Shown: in pieces, positions 37,257 to 46,324 of the stretch
Position numbering within the stretch: position 1 is the first letter of the stretch
How the letters are laid out: every line of letters begins with the position of its first letter
Assembly (NCBI GenBank): GCA_963842755.1
Contig: CAWJIC010000084.1
Coordinates: 27,931-91,930 of the forward strand
Length of the DNA: 64,000 bases
Reading direction: 5' to 3'
Source of the DNA: an uncultured Chloroflexia bacterium
Lineage (GTDB): Bacteria; Chloroflexota; Limnocylindria; Limnocylindrales; CSP1-4
Made by a program: the position numbers and the translations under genes
The notes under the pieces: model-generated
Told to the model about the DNA's origin: nothing
What the model saw: the letters and a program-made list of their open reading frames with translations, nothing else
Database searches by the model: none

Positions 37257-38642
37257 ATGACGACTGACCAGCCCGGCCCGCCCGGCCCGCCCGAGCGGCC
37301 CGCCGACGCACCCCCGCCCCGACCCGAGCCCACGCCGCTCGCGCCCGCCGCGCCGGTACGCCCCGCCTGGGCCCCGCCCCTCCACGAGGCGCGCCCCGAC
37401 CGGCTGCCGTCGGTGCGCAGGGCGATCGCCGCGATCGTCATCCTCGTCGTCGTCTTCGCCGCCGGCGTCGGCGTCGGCCGGACGGACACCGCGGCGCCGG
37501 GTGACGGCGGCACGGTCGTCGTCCCGGCTTCTCTGCCGCCGGAGTTCGCGACGTACGTCGAGGCCTGGCAGATCCTCCACGACCGCTACGTCGATCCGGC
37601 CGGGCTCGACGCGCGAACGCTCACCTACGGCTCGATCGACGGCCTGGTCAAGGCCGTCGGCGACACCGACCACACGCGCTTCCTCACCCCCGAGGACCTT
37701 GCCCAGCAGCACACCTCGCTGAGCGGCTCGATCGTCGGGATCGGGGCGCTCATGTCCACCGAGAGCGGCGGCGCGATCATCCAGTCGGTCATCCCGGGTG
37801 GCCCCGCGGACCGCGCCGGCCTGCGCTCCGGGGACCACGTCCTCGCGGTCGACGGGGAGCCGACGGTCGGCCAGGACGTCGACACCGTCGTACGGCGGAT
37901 CCGGGGTGACGCCGGCACGACCGTGAAGCTGTCGATCCTCCACGCGGGCGAGACCGCACCGATCCTCGTCAGCATCGTCCGCGAGAAGGTCGTCGTCCCG
38001 GCGGTCTCATGGGGGCTCGTCCCGGGCACGACGATCGCCGACCTTCGGCTCGAGGAGTTCTCCACCGGCTCGGCGAAGCAGGTCATCGAGGCGATCGCAG
38101 CGGCGAAGAAGGCCGGCGCGACGGCGATCGTCCTCGACCTGCGGGGCAACCCCGGCGGCTACGTCGACGAGGCGGTCTCGATCGCCAGCCAGTTCCTCAC
38201 GGACGGCGACGTCTACCGCCAGCGCGACCGGACCGGCACGACGACTTCGATCAAGGTCAAGAGCGGCGGAACGGCGACCGATATCCCGCTCGCCGTCCTC
38301 GTCGATCTCGGCAGCGCGAGCTCGGCCGAGATCGTCGCCGGCGCGCTCCAGGACGCGAAGCGGGCGCAGCTCATCGGCACGACGACGTTCGGGACCGGGA
38401 CGGTCCTCAACGAGTTCCCGCTCAAGGACGGCTCCGCGCTCCTGGTCGGCACGATCGAGTGGCTGACCCGCGACGGCCGCCAGATCTGGAAGCACGGCGT
38501 CGTGCCGGACATCACCCTCGAGTCGGACCCGCCCGGCAAGATCGTTCCCCCGACTGACTTGGCCAAGCTCGGCACGGCCGGCCTCGCTGCTGCCGGAGAC
38601 CTCCAGCTCCTCAAGGCCGTCGAGCTCCTCAGCGGCGGTTGA
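37257..38642 (+). CDS. S41 family C-terminal processing peptidase with PDZ domain
   Basis: The PDZ region is VIPGGPADRAGLRSGDHVLAVDG. The catalytic region is LDLRGNPGGY...GSASSAEIVAGALQD...TFGTGTV. Confidence 0.9.
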   Translation: MTTDQPGPPGPPERPADAPPPRPEPTPLAPAAPVRPAWAPPLHEARPDRLPSVRRAIAAIVILVVVFAAGVGVGRTDTAAPGDGGTVVVPASLPPEFATYVEAWQILHDRYVDPAGLDARTLTYGSIDGLVKAVGDTDHTRFLTPEDLAQQHTSLSGSIVGIGALMSTESGGAIIQSVIPGGPADRAGLRSGDHVLAVDGEPTVGQDVDTVVRRIRGDAGTTVKLSILHAGETAPILVSIVREKVVVPAVSWGLVPGTTIADLRLEEFSTGSAKQVIEAIAAAKKAGATAIVLDLRGNPGGYVDEAVSIASQFLTDGDVYRQRDRTGTTTSIKVKSGGTATDIPLAVLVDLGSASSAEIVAGALQDAKRAQLIGTTTFGTGTVLNEFPLKDGSALLVGTIEWLTRDGRQIWKHGVVPDITLESDPPGKIVPPTDLAKLGTAGLAAAGDLQLLKAVELLSGG

Positions 38643-38653
38643 GGCGCGGAACG

Positions 38654-38869
38654 TTAGTCGCTGGATCGCGATCCTCGGGTCAGCCTCCAGTAACCTCGCG
38701 GATCTTCGAGCGAAGTGCCCACGTGCTCAACGAGTCCGAGGTCTGACAGGCGATGCAGATGACCGAGAACCGTCGGCCGGGAGAGGCCGAACAACCTGAT
38801 CGCCTGCGCTGTCGTGACGCGATCCATCCGACTCAGAGGAACTCCAAGAAATTCTTGGAGTTCTGTCAC
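38654..38869 (-). CDS. Small winged-helix DNA-binding protein
   Basis: TTAQAIRLFGLSRPTVLGHLHRLSDLGLVEHVG...YWRLT is present. Local GC drops to about 48-57%. GTG at 38869 overlaps the kamA stop. An alternative ATG is at 38827. Confidence 0.6.
   Translation of the reverse strand: MTELQEFLGVPLSRMDRVTTAQAIRLFGLSRPTVLGHLHRLSDLGLVEHVGTSLEDPRGYWRLTRGSRSSD
38839..38863. promoter_or_regulatory. Perfect AT-rich 25-bp palindrome at the kamA/HTH junction
   Basis: GAACTCCAAGAA-A-TTCTTGGAGTTC has 12-bp arms. It is the lowest-GC spot in the window. Confidence 0.5.
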
Positions 38870-40476
38870 TGCTCTACAGCAGCTCGCCGTGCGACGAGGC
38901 CGTCGGTTCGCCATCGCGGGGGCGGGGCTCCTCGCCGGGGCCGTACTCGGGCTTCGGGGCCGCCCGGGCGCTCGAGTCGTCGCCGCGGCCGGTCGCCGGC
39001 CGCGCCGGACTCGATGACCTCGAGCGGCCGGCCGGACTGGCCTTCGATCGCGCCAACCCCGAAGGGGACCCACTTGCCGGGGTCCTGGAGACGGTGCGCC
39101 TCCAGGTTGCCGCGCTGGTGGATCTCGCTGAAGCCCTTCGGCTCGATCCACATCCGCTCGCCCTCGAGCAGGCCCAGGACGCCGGACTGGCCGGGCTCGG
39201 GCCGCTCGTGCTGGCAGTAGGTGCAGACGGCCTTGTCGTGCTGCTGGTAGGTCGGCGGCTCCTCGTAGGTCGTGATGTAGCCCTCGTAGTTGCGCAGGAC
39301 GACCTTGTGGTCCGAGTAGCTGATCAGGTAGTTGGGCATGACCGGGATCTTGCCGCCGCCACCCGGGGCGTCGACGACGTAGGTCGGGACCGCGTAGCCG
39401 CTGGTGTGGCCGCGCAGGCCCTCCATGATCTCGAGGCCCTTGCCGACCGGCGTCCGGAAGTGGCCGGAGCCCTCGACCAGGTCGCACTGGTAGAGGTAGT
39501 ACGGCCGGATCCGGTTCTCGACGAGGCGGTGGACGAGCGCCCGCTGGATGTGGACGCAGTCGTTGACGCCGGCCAGCAGGACCGACTGGTTGCCCACCGG
39601 GATCCCGACCCGGGTGAGCCGGTCGACTGCCCGGCTGACCTCGGGGGTGATCTCGTTGGGATGGTTGAAGTGGAGGTTCACCCACATCGGGTGGTACTTC
39701 GCGAGCATCTCGCACAGCTCGTCGTCGACCCGCTGGGGCAGGAAGACCGGGACCCGGCTGCCGATCCGGATGATCTCGATGTGGGGGATCTCGCGCAGCC
39801 CGCGGATGATCGATTCGAGGAGCTTCGGGGCGAGGGTCAGGCCGTCGCCGCCGGAGATCAGGACGTCGCGGACCTGGGGGGTCCGGCGCAGGTAGTCGAG
39901 CTGGGCCTCGTGGTCCTTCCGGTTGAAGTTCTGGGTCGGGTCGCCGACGATCCGCGACCTGGTGCAGTAGCGGCAGTAGCTCGCGCACTGGGTCGTGACT
40001 AGCATGAGCACGCGGTCCGGGTAGCGGTGGACCAGGCCCGGGACGGGGCTGTGGCGGTCCTCGGCGAGCGAGTCCTCCATCATGGCCGTGAACGCCTGCT
40101 GCTCCCGGCCGAGCGGGATGACCTGGCGGCGGAGCGGATCGTTCGGGTCCCTGGGGTCGATGAGGCTGATGAAGTACGGGGTGACGTCGACCCGGAACTT
40201 GCCCGCGGCGCTCAGGCCGTCGCGCTCCTCGTCGGTCAGCTCCAGGATCTGCTCGATCTCCTCGAGATCGTTGACCCGGTGGCTGAGCTGCCAGCGCCAG
40301 TCGTTCCACTGCTCGTCCGGGACGTCGCTCCAGAGGGGGGCGCGGCGGCTCACCGCGGGGCGGCCGTCCGGGCCGAGGGCCTGGGCCGGGTCGCGGCGGT
40401 TGACGAACGGGGCCTCCTCGGCCGGCTTCAGGGCGGCCTGCCGGGCGACCACCGACTTGATCTCCTGGGCGTCCAC
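38866..40476 (-). CDS. kamA: Lysine 2,3-aminomutase (radical SAM, KamA family)
   Basis: The radical SAM motif CASYCRYCTRS, plus LISGGDGL, NHPNE and VDAPGGGGK, are present. The last ~45 aa (Arg-rich) may be out of frame. An alternative acidic tail ends at 38874. Confidence 0.9.
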   Translation of the reverse strand: MDAQEIKSVVARQAALKPAEEAPFVNRRDPAQALGPDGRPAVSRRAPLWSDVPDEQWNDWRWQLSHRVNDLEEIEQILELTDEERDGLSAAGKFRVDVTPYFISLIDPRDPNDPLRRQVIPLGREQQAFTAMMEDSLAEDRHSPVPGLVHRYPDRVLMLVTTQCASYCRYCTRSRIVGDPTQNFNRKDHEAQLDYLRRTPQVRDVLISGGDGLTLAPKLLESIIRGLREIPHIEIIRIGSRVPVFLPQRVDDELCEMLAKYHPMWVNLHFNHPNEITPEVSRAVDRLTRVGIPVGNQSVLLAGVNDCVHIQRALVHRLVENRIRPYYLYQCDLVEGSGHFRTPVGKGLEIMEGLRGHTSGYAVPTYVVDAPGGGGKIPVMPNYLISYSDHKVVLRNYEGYITTYEEPPTYQQHDKAVCTYCQHERPEPGQSGVLGLLEGERMWIEPKGFSEIHQRGNLEAHRLQDPGKWVPFGVGAIEGQSGRPLEVIESGAAGDRPRRRLERPGGPEARVRPRRGAPPPRWRTDGLVARRAAVEQ

Positions 40477-40540
40477 GCGCGGGCCTCCTTGATGGGTCGA
40501 TCGTCGTTCGGTTCAGCGTCGAGGGACGGCTGGGGTTGGG

Positions 40541-40620
40541 TCGCTGCGCCGGTCGCTGCGCGGTCGAGGCGCAGTCGAGGCGCAGTCGAGGCGCAGTCGA
40601 GGCGCGGTCGAGGCGCGGTC
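40541..40620. repeat. 11-bp tandem repeat upstream of kamA
   Basis: GTCGAGGCGCA/G occurs five times (40564-40618), preceded by two degenerate copies (GTCGCTGCGCC). Confidence 0.8.
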
Positions 40621-40789
40621 CCTGGACGCATAAAGTCTATGCACTGTGGAAGGTGTCGGGATGATACAGGGAGGGCCCGCCCGCGGTCCAGCGGCCGCCG
40701 CGCAGGCCGCCGGGGAGCGCAAGGACCCGATGGAGCCCGAGCGAGGAAAGACCCAGTCGAGGGAACGCGGGTCGATCAGACCTCGCGCG

Positions 40790-41167
40790 TCACTCCCCGA
40801 TGACGGCCCAGAGGAAGCCCATCATGATGAAGAACCCAGTGAACATCGCGATCAGGGCGAGGCCGCCGTACGGCGAGCTGGCGCCCTCGTGCGGGACGAG
40901 CTGGAGCCCGATCCCGAAGACGAGCGCCCAGCCCACGAACAGGATCGCGAACAGCGTCTTCGTGTTCGGGGCCTTGAACCAGCGGCGCATCAGGGACGGC
41001 CGGCCCTCGGCGGTCGCGGCTGAGCGCAGGAAGAGGGCCACCATCAGGGCGCACACGCCGATCGCCACGATGAAGCTGACCAGCGACTCGGGCATCTTGC
41101 TGAACGGCGCGAGAAGGAGCTGCAAGCGACGGGCCTCCGCGAGGTACCGACCGATGGGCCGGCCCAT
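40790..41167 (-). CDS. Small hypothetical membrane protein
   Basis: Three hydrophobic helices are present. An alternative start MPESLV is at 41095. Confidence 0.6.
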   Translation of the reverse strand: MGRPIGRYLAEARRLQLLLAPFSKMPESLVSFIVAIGVCALMVALFLRSAATAEGRPSLMRRWFKAPNTKTLFAILFVGWALVFGIGLQLVPHEGASSPYGGLALIAMFTGFFIMMGFLWAVIGE

Positions 41168-41322
41168 GGACCGAGCGTGTCGGCCCGAATGCTAGCAGAC
41201 CGACACGCCGTCGAGCACCCCCGCCGAGGCACCCCCGCCTGACCCAAGACAGCCCGCCCGACACGAGGGCGCGATAGGGGGCACCCTGCCCGGCCCGGCC
41301 CGCGCCTTGCCCAGCTCGGCCC

Positions 41323-41476
41323 GGGCCCCATCAGGCCCCATCGGGCCCCATCTCGCGGCCGCATGCAGCCGGTGCATCGAAACCTCGTCCAGTGAGCGTG
41401 GTCGTGGCCCGGTTCTGTCGATTCGCTGCACCAGCCACGCTCACTCGCCACCCGATCCATGCACCAGCCGCATGAG
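41323..41476 (+). repeat. B-type hairpin element, copy B2, preceded by GGCCCCATC x3
   Basis: The order of parts is GCCGCATGCAGCCGGTGCATCGAAAC, GAGCGTGG..CCACGCTCACTCG stem, GATCCATGCACCAGCCGCATGAG. The ends form a ~19-bp imperfect inverted repeat. Confidence 0.75.
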
Positions 41477-41507
41477 CCGAGGCGGAGGACCCGGCGTGAC
41501 GCACCCC

Positions 41508-43256
41508 CTAGGCGCCGGCCGGTGGCGACGGCAACCCGGGAACGGCGGTCACCTCCACGCGGTGGAGGCCCGTCGCCCCGGATGGAAGCACCGACCGAAC
41601 CGTGGCGTCCTGGACGTTCCCCTGGCGATCCGTCGCCCGCGCGACCAGCTCCAGGCGGCCGGGCGCCCGCGGCTCGACCTCGATCCGCCAGCGGACCCAG
41701 GCCAGCTCGCTGAGCGGAGGCTCCAGCTCGGCGTCGCGCCAGGTCGCCCCGCCGTCGGCGCTGACCTCCACCCGGGCGATCCCCCGATCCCCGGCGCTGG
41801 CGATCCCGAAGGCGTTGAACGGGCGCTCGGATGGCACGTCGTCGCCCTGGAGCGGCTCGTCGATCCGGCTGTAGGTCCGGACCGCGGCCGTCTGGTCCCA
41901 CGAGCGCTGCTCCCAGTAGCCGGGCTCGTCGTGGTCGGCGACGATGATCTCGGTCAGGTACTTGGGCTGCTTCATCCCGTAGCGGCCGGCGATCAGGACC
42001 CGCAGCGGGAATCCGTGGTCCGCCGTGAGCGCCGTTCCCGGGGGGCCCATCTCGTAGGCGAGCCACGTCCGCTCGTCGAGCGCGACCGGGAGCGGGAGCG
42101 ATTCGGTGTACCCGTCCGCGGAGCGCCACAGGACGTGGGTCGCCCCCGCCCGGACGCCCGCCGCGTCGAGCACGTCCCGGGCGCGCGTGCCCTTCCAGCG
42201 CTGCATGCCGATGAGCCGGCCGAAGCTGGTCACCTCGTTGCTGATGCACTGGAGCGTGCGGTGGTCCTCGACGGCCGGGAGCGCCCGGATCTCGTCGAGG
42301 CTGTAGGAGCGCGGCCGATCGACGAGGCCGCTGACGACCAGGCGCCAGCCCCCGCCGTCGACGACCGCCGGGCTGAGGTCCTTGCCGATCACGTAGAACT
42401 CGTCGAGGGGGGTGACCTGCGCGGTCGGGCCGAAGCCGCCGGGCGCCTGTGTCCGGCCGGACCGCGACGTCCCGACGGTGACCGCATGGGCGAGCCGGGT
42501 GGCGACCTGGACCGCCGAGCCGGCGAAGGCGCCCAGCCCCAGGAGGACGAGGCTCCGGCCCAGAAACGAGCGGCGACCCATCCGCGGCGCTCCGACGGCC
42601 GACGACGATGGTTCGGGAGCCGAGGAGAGGGCCGGAGCCGACGACGTTGCGGGAGCCGACGACGTTGCGGGAGCCGACGACGAGGCGGGAGCCGACGACG
42701 AGGCGACGTCCGGCCGCACGCCGCGGACGATGCCGACGAGGACGAGCCCGTAGGCCAGCGTCCCGGCCGCGAGCGGAACGTGGAGCGGGAACGGCCTGAG
42801 AGCCGGGTCCGAGCCGAAGAAGCCGGCCCCGAAAGCCGGCATGACGACCACCTCGGCGAACAGCCAGGCGAGCGCGCCCACGAACAACCCGTCGGCCACG
42901 GTCGAGCGACGGCGGATGGCGCCGAGCCGGACCGCGAGCGAACCGATGGCGCCGCCGAGCAGGATGAGCGCCGCGACGATCCCGATGAACAGGAGGCTCT
43001 TCGCGAGCGGCCCCAGCGTCGAGACGGCCAGCTCGAAGAGGGCCAGCGGGATGAACCGGGTGAACCCGTTGTGGACGACCTCGAGCAGGCCGACCGTCCC
43101 GCTCCAGCTCGAGCCGGCCAGGAGGGCGAACGCCGTGACGGACCCGGCGAGGAGGCCGGCGAGGAACGCCTCGCGGCCGCTCGGCCGGTCGCCGGACGGG
43201 GACTCGGCAGATCGGGGTGCGTCGTTCAGCGGTTGAGGGGCGGGGAGCTCGTTCAT
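41508..43256 (-). CDS. Molybdopterin-dependent oxidoreductase (sulfite-oxidase family) with N-terminal multi-TM domain
   Basis: The catalytic region holds HRTLQCISNEV, GYTESLP and GFPLRVLIAGRYGMKQPKYL, plus a C-terminal Ig-like dimerisation domain. The linker is an SSAPAT tandem repeat. Confidence 0.85.
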   Translation of the reverse strand: MNELPAPQPLNDAPRSAESPSGDRPSGREAFLAGLLAGSVTAFALLAGSSWSGTVGLLEVVHNGFTRFIPLALFELAVSTLGPLAKSLLFIGIVAALILLGGAIGSLAVRLGAIRRRSTVADGLFVGALAWLFAEVVVMPAFGAGFFGSDPALRPFPLHVPLAAGTLAYGLVLVGIVRGVRPDVASSSAPASSSAPATSSAPATSSAPALSSAPEPSSSAVGAPRMGRRSFLGRSLVLLGLGAFAGSAVQVATRLAHAVTVGTSRSGRTQAPGGFGPTAQVTPLDEFYVIGKDLSPAVVDGGGWRLVVSGLVDRPRSYSLDEIRALPAVEDHRTLQCISNEVTSFGRLIGMQRWKGTRARDVLDAAGVRAGATHVLWRSADGYTESLPLPVALDERTWLAYEMGPPGTALTADHGFPLRVLIAGRYGMKQPKYLTEIIVADHDEPGYWEQRSWDQTAAVRTYSRIDEPLQGDDVPSERPFNAFGIASAGDRGIARVEVSADGGATWRDAELEPPLSELAWVRWRIEVEPRAPGRLELVARATDRQGNVQDATVRSVLPSGATGLHRVEVTAVPGLPSPPAGA

Positions 43257-43299
43257 CGGACCGGACGATAGCGCGCGCCGGATGACGGCGTGATGACGG

Positions 43300-43854
43300 T
43301 CAGCCCGGTTCGCGCGTCAGGCGCTCGGCGATCTCCGGCCCGACGAGCGTCGCCCAGGCCCTGAGGGTCTCGAGGTCCTCGATCCGGTAGTGGCCGACCC
43401 ACGGACTCTCGATGTTCACGACCCCGATCGGACGTCCATGCGCGCTCACCGCGACGGCAAGCTCGCTCCGGGTCCGGCTGCCGGGGAAGGTCTTGTAGTC
43501 GGGCTCCAGCCGCACGTCCGGGACGAGCACGGCGTCACCGGTCCGGAACGCCCGGCCGCAGACGCCGTCGAGGTCCACCAGCCACTCGCCGACGATCACC
43601 TGGCCGGTGTCCTCGCCCGCCCCCCAGCGCTGACCGGCGAGCCGAAGGCGATCGACGGCCGGGTCGTGGAGGAACAGGGCGACGTGGTGGAAGCGGTGCG
43701 CCTGGCTGACCTCGTCCACGAGGCGGGCCGCCAGGGCGAGCATCTCCGCATCGAATCCGACCATCGCAGCGTCGGTCCCTGACGATGGCGCCGGAATGTG
43801 GGGAGTTTCGGTCAGCACCGCGGCCATCGTAGGGGGTCGGCGTTGTCGACGCAT
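43300..43854 (-). CDS. GAF domain protein
   Basis: The GAF-like core is GVCGRAFRTGDAVLVPDV...SELAVAV...GVVNIES. The start is uncertain. Confidence 0.75.
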   Translation of the reverse strand: MRRQRRPPTMAAVLTETPHIPAPSSGTDAAMVGFDAEMLALAARLVDEVSQAHRFHHVALFLHDPAVDRLRLAGQRWGAGEDTGQVIVGEWLVDLDGVCGRAFRTGDAVLVPDVRLEPDYKTFPGSRTRSELAVAVSAHGRPIGVVNIESPWVGHYRIEDLETLRAWATLVGPEIAERLTREPG

Positions 43855-43987
43855 CCGGAATCTGGATGAGCCGGGCTGGGAGGACCCCGTCGAGGCCCAC
43901 TCGGCGCGACGGGGCGCAGCGGGGCGCCACCGGACGACGCTCCACGAGTCGACGAGGCTCGGACCCCGGGCCGTCTAGCATGGATCG

Positions 43988-46324
43988 ATGTCCCACGCGC
44001 CCGAGATGACCGTGTTCGAGCGGATCGGCCGCTTCGTCCATCGGCGGCGGCGGTCGGTGATCGCGGTCTGGGCGGTCATCCTCCTCGTCGCGCTGCCGTT
44101 CGCGCCGCGTGCCGCGTCCGCGCTGCGGGCCGGCGGCTTCACCATCGACACGCTCGAATCGGCCCGGGCCCGGATCCTCCTCGAGCGCGAGCTCGACCTG
44201 CCGCCCTCCGCGCTCGTCCTCGTCTACACCGGCACGACCGAACGGGCCGGCTCCGCGGCCTTCGAGGCGGCCGCCAGCGCCGCGGCCGCGGCGGTCGGGA
44301 CCGCCCCGAACGTGACCGGGATCCTGTCCCACGTCCTCGCCCCGGCCCAGGTCTCGGCGGACCGGACGACCGCCTATGACGTCGTCCTCCTCGACCTCCC
44401 GCCGGACATCTCTCCGGATGCGCTGCCCGGCGTCCGCGACCGGTTGGCCGCCCTGCCGGCCGGGCCGATCGAGACGGCGCTCGCCGGCGGTCCGGCGTTC
44501 TACGGGGACATCCAGGCGGTGTCGGAGGCGGACCTCCGGCGGAGCGAGATCGTGTCGCTGCCGCTGGCCGCGCTGGCGCTCCTCGTGGTGTTCGGCTCGG
44601 TCGTGGCGGCGGCCGTCCCGCTCGCGGTGGGCGGCACCGCAGTGATCGTCTCGCTGGCGATCGTGTGGGTCCTCGCCGGCCTCGGCCACATGAGCATCTT
44701 CGCGCTCAACCTGGCGACCCTCCTCGGGCTCGGATTGGGGGTCGACTACTCCCTGCTGATGACCAGCCGCTTCCGCGAGGAGCTCCAGCGGCGCCTCCCG
44801 GAGGGCGGCGGCCGCGGTTCCACGGCCACACCCGCCGAGCGCGACGCGGCGGTCGAGGCCGCCGTCCGGGTGACGGTCGCGACCGGCGGCCGGGCGGTCT
44901 TCTTCAGCGGCCTGACCGTCCTCCTCGGGCTGCTGGGGCTCGTCCTCTTCGAGTTCCCGATCCTCCGCTCGGTCGGGATCGCCGGCGCGGTCGTGGTCGG
45001 GATGGCGGTCGCCGCGGCGCTCACGCTCCAGCCGGCGATCCTGGGCGTCCTCGGCCCGCGGCTCGACGCGCTCCAGGTCCGCCGGGTGAATGCCGCGGCC
45101 GGCGCGGACGGCCCCTGGTCGCGCCTCGCCCGCCGGGTGATGCGCCACCCGATCGCCGTGTTCGTGCCGACCCTCGCGTTCCTGCTCCTGCTCGGGGCGC
45201 CCTTCCTCCACGTCCGGTTCAACGCGCCCGACGCGACGATCCTCCCGGCGGAGGTCTCGTCGCGGGCGGCCTTCGACGTCCTCCACGTGAAGTTCGGGGA
45301 GGGCCGCTTCGCGCCACTTCAGCTGGCGATCCGGACGGCCGGGCCGGCGACCTCGCCGGCCAACGTCACGGCGCTGTACGACTACTCGCGCCGGCTCGCG
45401 GCGGACCCCCGGATCGACACGGTCGACGGGCTCGTCGACGTCGACCCGCGGCTCACCGCGGATCAGTACCGGCTCCTCTACGGCGCGGCCTCGGGACCGC
45501 CCGACCGATTCGTCGCGATGGCCCTCGCCGCGACGACGAGGGGCGACCTCACGGCCTTCACCCTGACGACGCCGTTCGGGCCGAATGCCGACCAGGCGAA
45601 GGCGCTCGTCGCCGAGCTCCGCGCCGGGACCGGCTCGCTCGCGCCGCCGGCCGGGATGACCGTCCTCGTCGGCGGCGGAGCGGCGGACGTCGTCGACGTC
45701 GTCGACGGGATCGGCGCCGGCTTCCCGCGGGCCGCCCTGTTCATCTTCGTGACGACGTACCTCGTCCTGTTCGTCCTGCTCCGGTCGGTCGTCCTCCCGG
45801 CGAAGGCGCTGGTGATGAACACGCTGTCGATCGTCGCCTCGTTCGGCGCGCTCGTCTGGATCTTCCAGGACGGCAACCTGTCACGGATGCTGGGATTCGC
45901 GCCGCTGGGCTACGTCGAGACGACCCAGCCGGTGATCCTGTTCTGCGTCCTGTTCGGGCTGTCGATGGACTACGAGGTCTTCCTCCTGTCGCGCATGAAG
46001 GAGGCCTGGGACCGGACCGCCGACAACACCGAGGCGGTTGCCCGGGGAATGGAGCGGAGCGGCCGGATCGTCACCTCGGCAGCGCTCGTCGTCTTCGTCG
46101 TGGCCGGCTCGTTCGCGTTCGCCGACATCGTGCTGATCAAGGCGATCGGCCTCGGCGTGGCGATCTCGGTGGCCCTCGACGCGACGGTCGTCCGGGCGCT
46201 CCTCGTGCCGGCCACGATGCGGCTTCTCGGCGACTGGAACTGGTGGATGCCCGCCCGGCTCGCGCGCTGGGTGGCCGGGCGGCTGCCGGCGTCCGAGGCC
46301 GAGACGGAGGCGGCCGTCCGATGA
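43988..46324 (+). CDS. MMPL family (RND superfamily) transporter
   Basis: 778 aa, 12-TM, two-fold repeat with GLGVDYSLLMTSRF and GLSMDYEVFLLSRM motifs. Intact. Confidence 0.92.
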   Translation: MSHAPEMTVFERIGRFVHRRRRSVIAVWAVILLVALPFAPRAASALRAGGFTIDTLESARARILLERELDLPPSALVLVYTGTTERAGSAAFEAAASAAAAAVGTAPNVTGILSHVLAPAQVSADRTTAYDVVLLDLPPDISPDALPGVRDRLAALPAGPIETALAGGPAFYGDIQAVSEADLRRSEIVSLPLAALALLVVFGSVVAAAVPLAVGGTAVIVSLAIVWVLAGLGHMSIFALNLATLLGLGLGVDYSLLMTSRFREELQRRLPEGGGRGSTATPAERDAAVEAAVRVTVATGGRAVFFSGLTVLLGLLGLVLFEFPILRSVGIAGAVVVGMAVAAALTLQPAILGVLGPRLDALQVRRVNAAAGADGPWSRLARRVMRHPIAVFVPTLAFLLLLGAPFLHVRFNAPDATILPAEVSSRAAFDVLHVKFGEGRFAPLQLAIRTAGPATSPANVTALYDYSRRLAADPRIDTVDGLVDVDPRLTADQYRLLYGAASGPPDRFVAMALAATTRGDLTAFTLTTPFGPNADQAKALVAELRAGTGSLAPPAGMTVLVGGGAADVVDVVDGIGAGFPRAALFIFVTTYLVLFVLLRSVVLPAKALVMNTLSIVASFGALVWIFQDGNLSRMLGFAPLGYVETTQPVILFCVLFGLSMDYEVFLLSRMKEAWDRTADNTEAVARGMERSGRIVTSAALVVFVVAGSFAFADIVLIKAIGLGVAISVALDATVVRALLVPATMRLLGDWNWWMPARLARWVAGRLPASEAETEAAVR

